Positions 36,800-40,662 of a DNA stretch of 40,662 nucleotides are shown piece after piece. Every line of letters begins with the position of its first letter. Position 1 is the first letter of the stretch. The DNA is from Candidatus Thorarchaeota archaeon (GTDB taxonomy: Archaea > Asgardarchaeota > Thorarchaeia > Thorarchaeales > Thorarchaeaceae), in the NCBI GenBank assembly GCA_004524445.1, contig SDNP01000028.1:1-40662 (forward strand), read 5' to 3'. Below the pieces are notes generated by a model. It was given only the letters and a program-made list of their open reading frames with translations. It did not search any database and was not told the DNA's origin. The translations under genes were made by a program, and so were the position numbers.

Positions 36800-36907
36800 A
36801 GTAATGCAATAAACTGTTTTCAGAGATGGAGTAATAACATCATCGCCTATGCGGAATCGAAAAGAATAGGAGCTGACATTCTGAATAGAATATTAGAAGG
36901 GTTTGAT

Positions 36908-37444
36908 TTGGCAAATACTAAAGAGATTCTACTGATCGGCTTTGGCGATTTGGCAAAAGAAGTACTATGCCAGTTGTCGCATGATATACAGGAGAATCTA
37001 CCTATTAGAAGGTCAAGAGTAAATGTTAAACAGGAGAATCTCGAAATCCCCAGTTCCGCATTTGATTCATCAAGACAACAATACAGCACGAATGCTTTTC
37101 TCAGTATGCTTCATGATCAATCATATAAAAAGAAGCATGCCCTTGGCGTCGTAGCCAAAGACCTCTTCGTGCCAAGTCTAAATTTTGTCTTTGGAGTCGC
37201 TCAGAGAGGAGGAAGCGCTGTCATTAGTACCGTTCGTTTGGAGCCACAGTTTTACGGGAAATCACCTGATAAAGAGCCGTTTCGCGTTCGACTGTTGAAA
37301 GAAGCAATCCATGAGCTGGGACATGTCTTTGGACTTAGCCACTGCGATAACTTCTGCGTAATGAGGTTTTCAAATAGTCTGCCAGAAACTGATGCGAAAC
37401 CTCCAACATTCTGTCAAGACTGTCAATCAAAGATTATTGACTAA
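36908..37444 (+). CDS. amzA: Archaemetzincin (peptidase M54)
   Basis: LNFVFG.A, STVRL and KEAIHELGHVFGLSHC...CVM.FSNS...D.K...FC..C. Likely TTG start at 36908. The listed ORF from 36740 overlaps the neighbouring gene. Confidence 0.92.
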   Translation: MANTKEILLIGFGDLAKEVLCQLSHDIQENLPIRRSRVNVKQENLEIPSSAFDSSRQQYSTNAFLSMLHDQSYKKKHALGVVAKDLFVPSLNFVFGVAQRGGSAVISTVRLEPQFYGKSPDKEPFRVRLLKEAIHELGHVFGLSHCDNFCVMRFSNSLPETDAKPPTFCQDCQSKIID

Positions 37445-37475
37445 GAGGTCCGTGATTGTCAAATCTACTCCTGGA

Positions 37476-38039
37476 TTAAGACTGCCCTGGTGATTCATTT
37501 GCAGAGAAAATACTGGCTTTCCAATCCAAAGCGGTCTCTAAGATTTCTTGGATGAACTCAGCCTTTGCCTCCGTGTACGCCGGCCGATCATCTCCATACT
37601 TGGCTGCAAGCCGCATCTTCAGTTCTTCGTATTCCTCGGCACTTCCAGGATGGGCGATAAGATAGTCCCTGAAATCAATATACTTTCGTACTGAGTCGTT
37701 GGTCACGTCATAGAAATGGAGATGGAATCCCACTGGATGGGTGTGTTTTCGAAAGAATCTTCGCCCTTCGATGCCTGCTTCTCCCCTGAGCGTATACCCC
37801 ATAGCTTCGAACTCCTCATTGAATCTCTCTATTCTATCAATGTCCCTAACTAGGGCCAAAATGTCCACAATTGGCTTTGCTTTGATGTCCGGCACTGATG
37901 TGCTCCCAACATGATAGGTGGTTATCAAAAGAGGCCCCAAAAGATCTCTGATCTTTGACTTCTCCCGCTGATACTCCTCAGACCAAGCCGGATCATGGGG
38001 AACTAGAACTACAGGTTCCATCGCCTGATACACCGACAC
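37476..38039 (-). CDS. GrpB/UPF0157 nucleotidyltransferase-fold protein
   Basis: HVGSTSVP...AKPIVDI, HLH, FRDYL..HP...Y..LK..LA and YT..K..FI motifs. Confidence 0.92.
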   Translation of the reverse strand: MSVYQAMEPVVLVPHDPAWSEEYQREKSKIRDLLGPLLITTYHVGSTSVPDIKAKPIVDILALVRDIDRIERFNEEFEAMGYTLRGEAGIEGRRFFRKHTHPVGFHLHFYDVTNDSVRKYIDFRDYLIAHPGSAEEYEELKMRLAAKYGDDRPAYTEAKAEFIQEILETALDWKASIFSANESPGQS

Positions 38040-38115
38040 CTATAGAAACACAAGTTGCCTTTTGAATTTCGTGAGCTAAGCAATATGATCCGGTAGTCAC
38101 CTATCCGGCGGGTAC

Positions 38116-38700
38116 CTAAACTTCATCTGGAGGTTTCTCGTTGTTTCGCGAAACCCGTCGCCAGACACCCCAGATTAGTATGAAGAAAACCAGTACGAAT
38201 GATAGATACAAAAACAACCATTTGATGGATGTGAAAAAGCTTCCCATCGAGATAATACTAGCTGAAAGGTTTGGATAGGCGAGTGCTTGTTGTGCGATAA
38301 TGATGTTTTCGAAGCAATCAAAGACTCCAGCAAAGATAGGTATTAAGGACATCAATTTTGCAGATTGATTCTCTAGATCCAATTTGTTGATGCCCGTTAT
38401 GATACCAATAGCGAGAGCCAATGAATACGCAGCAGGAAAGATGTAGTCAAGCAGATGAACCGTCAGCCAGACATCTAGACCCTCTGAACCCAATATTCCA
38501 AATGCCTCTGAAACATCATCGATATCGTATCTAAACATCAAGTCAGGCATATCTGCCTCACCATAAACATCGTACACCAATGACTGTGTTCCAATGCTCA
38601 TGATTGAGATGACAATCATGCTGGTTATGATAGTGATTGCCAGATTCCGTGATGTTGCCATTTTGTCAAGACGATTAACCAACCTTTGCATCGATTCCAC
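38116..38700 (-). CDS. Four-helix integral membrane protein
   Basis: PDL...Y, LDYIFP..Y, FD..EN and KW motifs with four hydrophobic segments. Confidence 0.75.
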   Translation of the reverse strand: MESMQRLVNRLDKMATSRNLAITIITSMIVISIMSIGTQSLVYDVYGEADMPDLMFRYDIDDVSEAFGILGSEGLDVWLTVHLLDYIFPAAYSLALAIGIITGINKLDLENQSAKLMSLIPIFAGVFDCFENIIIAQQALAYPNLSASIISMGSFFTSIKWLFLYLSFVLVFFILIWGVWRRVSRNNEKPPDEV

Positions 38701-38840
38701 TTCCGTATTCTAACCCCGTTCGCTATTAGACCTTTTTTTATTTTCAGCAAAGGCAGTCTTTTGTACCTCATATGAAGAAGTTATTATGCTGAGAATCAGT
38801 TTTCTAAGAAACCGAGTGTGTATACCATCTACTGTGTGAT

Positions 38841-39212
38841 GTGGGAACTATGATTAAAGGAATTGACGTTGTATTTTTCTATTCGAGAGATTTGGGTCAG
38901 CTGATAAAATGGTATCAAGAGATGTTCGATATGGATTTTTCAAGAGATTCACAAGAGTCGGACTGGGCTGAATTTGCATTTTCAGAAGATTCAGTATCCA
39001 CTAGACTTGCCTTTCATGCTTGGCATGAGAATGTTCAGCAAAAATTCATGATCTCCTTTCTGGTGGACGATATTCATACCTTGGTCAAAAGACTTCAAGA
39101 AAAAGGAGCAGAATTACTAGGTACTCCCCTCATCACTGAGATTGAAGATTCATTCTTTGCAACTATCAGAGACCCGGAGGGGAACATCATTCAGGTCTCA
39201 GAGAGGAAGTAA
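38841..39212 (+). CDS. VOC/glyoxalase family protein
   Basis: F.VDDI......L..KG and F.TIRDPEGN.I motifs. Confidence 0.88.
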   Translation: MGTMIKGIDVVFFYSRDLGQLIKWYQEMFDMDFSRDSQESDWAEFAFSEDSVSTRLAFHAWHENVQQKFMISFLVDDIHTLVKRLQEKGAELLGTPLITEIEDSFFATIRDPEGNIIQVSERK

Positions 39213-39240
39213 TCGAAGCATCAGAAACCTCTTTCTTCTT

Positions 39241-40371
39241 TTATATGAGGTTACTTATCATTTCGTCTATGATTGACAATCCTCCAATGAGGTGTTCCTC
39301 ACTATAACCGAAGCCAATACGCAGATGCTTCTCCATGCCGAAATATTCACCTGGAGCGATTAGGAGGCTCTTTTCTTTTCGGAGGCGCTCGACGAGCTCG
39401 AGGGAGCTGAGTGGAAGGTTGTGTTTTGGAAAACAAATACTTGCGGCCATTGGGGCCACATAGTCGAAAATATCATCGTGGTCATTCAGCCAACCCTCCA
39501 TCAGACTCCAGCTCGCCCTCACAATTGTAGTTGCCCTAGCGAGTAGTTCTTTTCTCTTTTCTGGCTGTAGGGCAATTGTTGCCAATCTGTCGCTGATGAT
39601 TGACGGGCAAATAGTCGTATAGTCAGAATAGGACCAGAGGGATTCCGCATGATCCTTTTCAGGTGTCACTATCCATCCTAGCCTTAGGCCGGGCAGCCCA
39701 TACGCCTTCGACAGGCTGTTAGTCACAATCGCCTTTTCGTACTGTCCAAACATGGATGGAGTGAGAACGCCGTTCATTTCTGCCCCTTGATAGACCTCAT
39801 CTGATAGTATCCAGGCACCATAATCTCCTGCTATTTCGGCTACCGCCTGGAGATAATCAGATCCGATTATCGTTCCCGTCGGATTATTCGGGTTGCATAT
39901 AGTGATGACTAGCGTTTCTTTAGAGACTTGTTCCTTAAGGGATTCTATATCAGGAACCCACTTGTCGTGGTGCATTTCTAGATAATATGGTCTGACAACC
40001 CCACCGAAGGCAGTTGTTATTCCGTTTATCTGATTATAATTCGGTTGCATCATAATGACTTGATTTTGCCTATCAGACTCGCTCAAGAGATTCCAAATCG
40101 TTAGGAAATTGGCCTCGGCCCCACCATTTGTCACGAGGATGTTTTCTGCAGTGGCACCAGGATACATGTCTGCAATGGCTTCACGGAGAAGCATCGTTCC
40201 GTTGGTTTGAGAGTACCCGAGTGGAGTGCGTAGCATCTCAGTTAGTTCATTTTCATCAGGTACTAACTCACGGATTGAAAGGGGAAGAACGCCGCTCTCT
40301 GTGAGATTGATATCCACAATGTGTTCCCACTTCGATTGGATTCTTTCCAATAGGAAGGGCTCTAAAGTCAT
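39241..40371 (-). CDS. PLP-dependent aminotransferase class I/II (VioD-like subgroup)
   Basis: F.LER, NLTESG, NPNNPTG, SDEVY and SLSKAYGLPGLRLGW motifs. Confidence 0.92.
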   Translation of the reverse strand: MTLEPFLLERIQSKWEHIVDINLTESGVLPLSIRELVPDENELTEMLRTPLGYSQTNGTMLLREAIADMYPGATAENILVTNGGAEANFLTIWNLLSESDRQNQVIMMQPNYNQINGITTAFGGVVRPYYLEMHHDKWVPDIESLKEQVSKETLVITICNPNNPTGTIIGSDYLQAVAEIAGDYGAWILSDEVYQGAEMNGVLTPSMFGQYEKAIVTNSLSKAYGLPGLRLGWIVTPEKDHAESLWSYSDYTTICPSIISDRLATIALQPEKRKELLARATTIVRASWSLMEGWLNDHDDIFDYVAPMAASICFPKHNLPLSSLELVERLRKEKSLLIAPGEYFGMEKHLRIGFGYSEEHLIGGLSIIDEMISNLI

Positions 40372-40565
40372 GTCACTCGCCTTTGCCGTGTTAGAGGATG
40401 CGTTGAGTGCTTAAGAATCACACCACATTGAGATTCATCCTCCTAGTTGAAGAAGCATATAATCAATGCCACCAGCACGTATCTTAAATATAGTTAAATT
40501 ACATAGTGTTCTAACATTTTCATTATGAACATCATTGACAAGATATTCATACTTAGAAGGAGGTG

Positions 40566-40662
40566 TTGACAATCTCAGACATATTCAAGACAGTTGAAGA
40601 AAGTTATGATAAGATGGGAGAAACGTATCATGATTTCAGGGATAACGAGAAATTCATACGAC
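40566..40662 (+). CDS. 5' fragment of a CDS, possibly a class I SAM-dependent methyltransferase
   Basis: GGAGGTG SD, then TTG and MTISDIFKTVEESYDKMGETYHDFR..., open to the window end. The V..SYD.M...Y N-terminus is common in class I methyltransferases. Confidence 0.5.
   Translation, partial: MTISDIFKTVEESYDKMGETYHDFRDNEKFIR

Noticed and set aside
36740-36907. N-terminal extension of archaemetzincin
   Set aside because: It overlaps the divergent TIGR04076 gene and its promoter. The family-like sequence begins near 36908.
1362-40414. Many 60-150 aa alternative-frame and antisense ORFs in the track (e.g. 2413-2793, 4402-4800, 19064-19501, 20573-21028, 30842-31219)
   Set aside because: They lie within well-supported genes, have Ser-rich antisense-shadow composition and show no recognisable motifs.
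33520-40662. Integrated element at the tRNA 3' end
   Set aside because: I saw no integrase, transposase or duplicate of the tRNA 3' end in the window, and the downstream genes are ordinary.
1-40662. CRISPR array, rRNA or IS elements
   Set aside because: No regularly spaced direct repeats, rRNA signatures or transposase motifs were seen, and nearly all sequence is accounted for by CDSs.

Overview
A gene-dense archaeal chromosomal segment. Ribosomal proteins eS26 and eL13, class I LysRS, aIF5A, Nob1, TrmY, a PAC2 proteasome chaperone and Bet3-like proteins together suggest an Asgard archaeon, most likely Thorarchaeia. That placement is inferred from gene content, not from a search. Most of the window is housekeeping and metabolic genes plus one tRNA-Leu(CAG). 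I saw no CRISPR array, IS element, integrase or rRNA. The standout region is about 7.4-12.3 kb. It is an internally duplicated cassette with two paralogous Roadblock/LC7-like + acidic linker + winged-helix proteins, each directly upstream of a Bet3/TRAPP-like protein. It also holds a canonical Zn-type V4R protein and two apparently paralogous multi-pass membrane proteins, and is a candidate archaeal proto-TRAPP-like membrane module. Other notable items: a stand-alone oversized NurA (winged-helix insertion) + HerA operon without mre11/rad50, an alpha-SNAP-like solenoid protein, an eL13-HhH fusion, a PH-like small protein, a C-terminal HbYX motif on the PAC2 protein and a probable NikR auto-operator. 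All family calls come from motif recognition by eye and from recalled reference sequences. No database searches were run.
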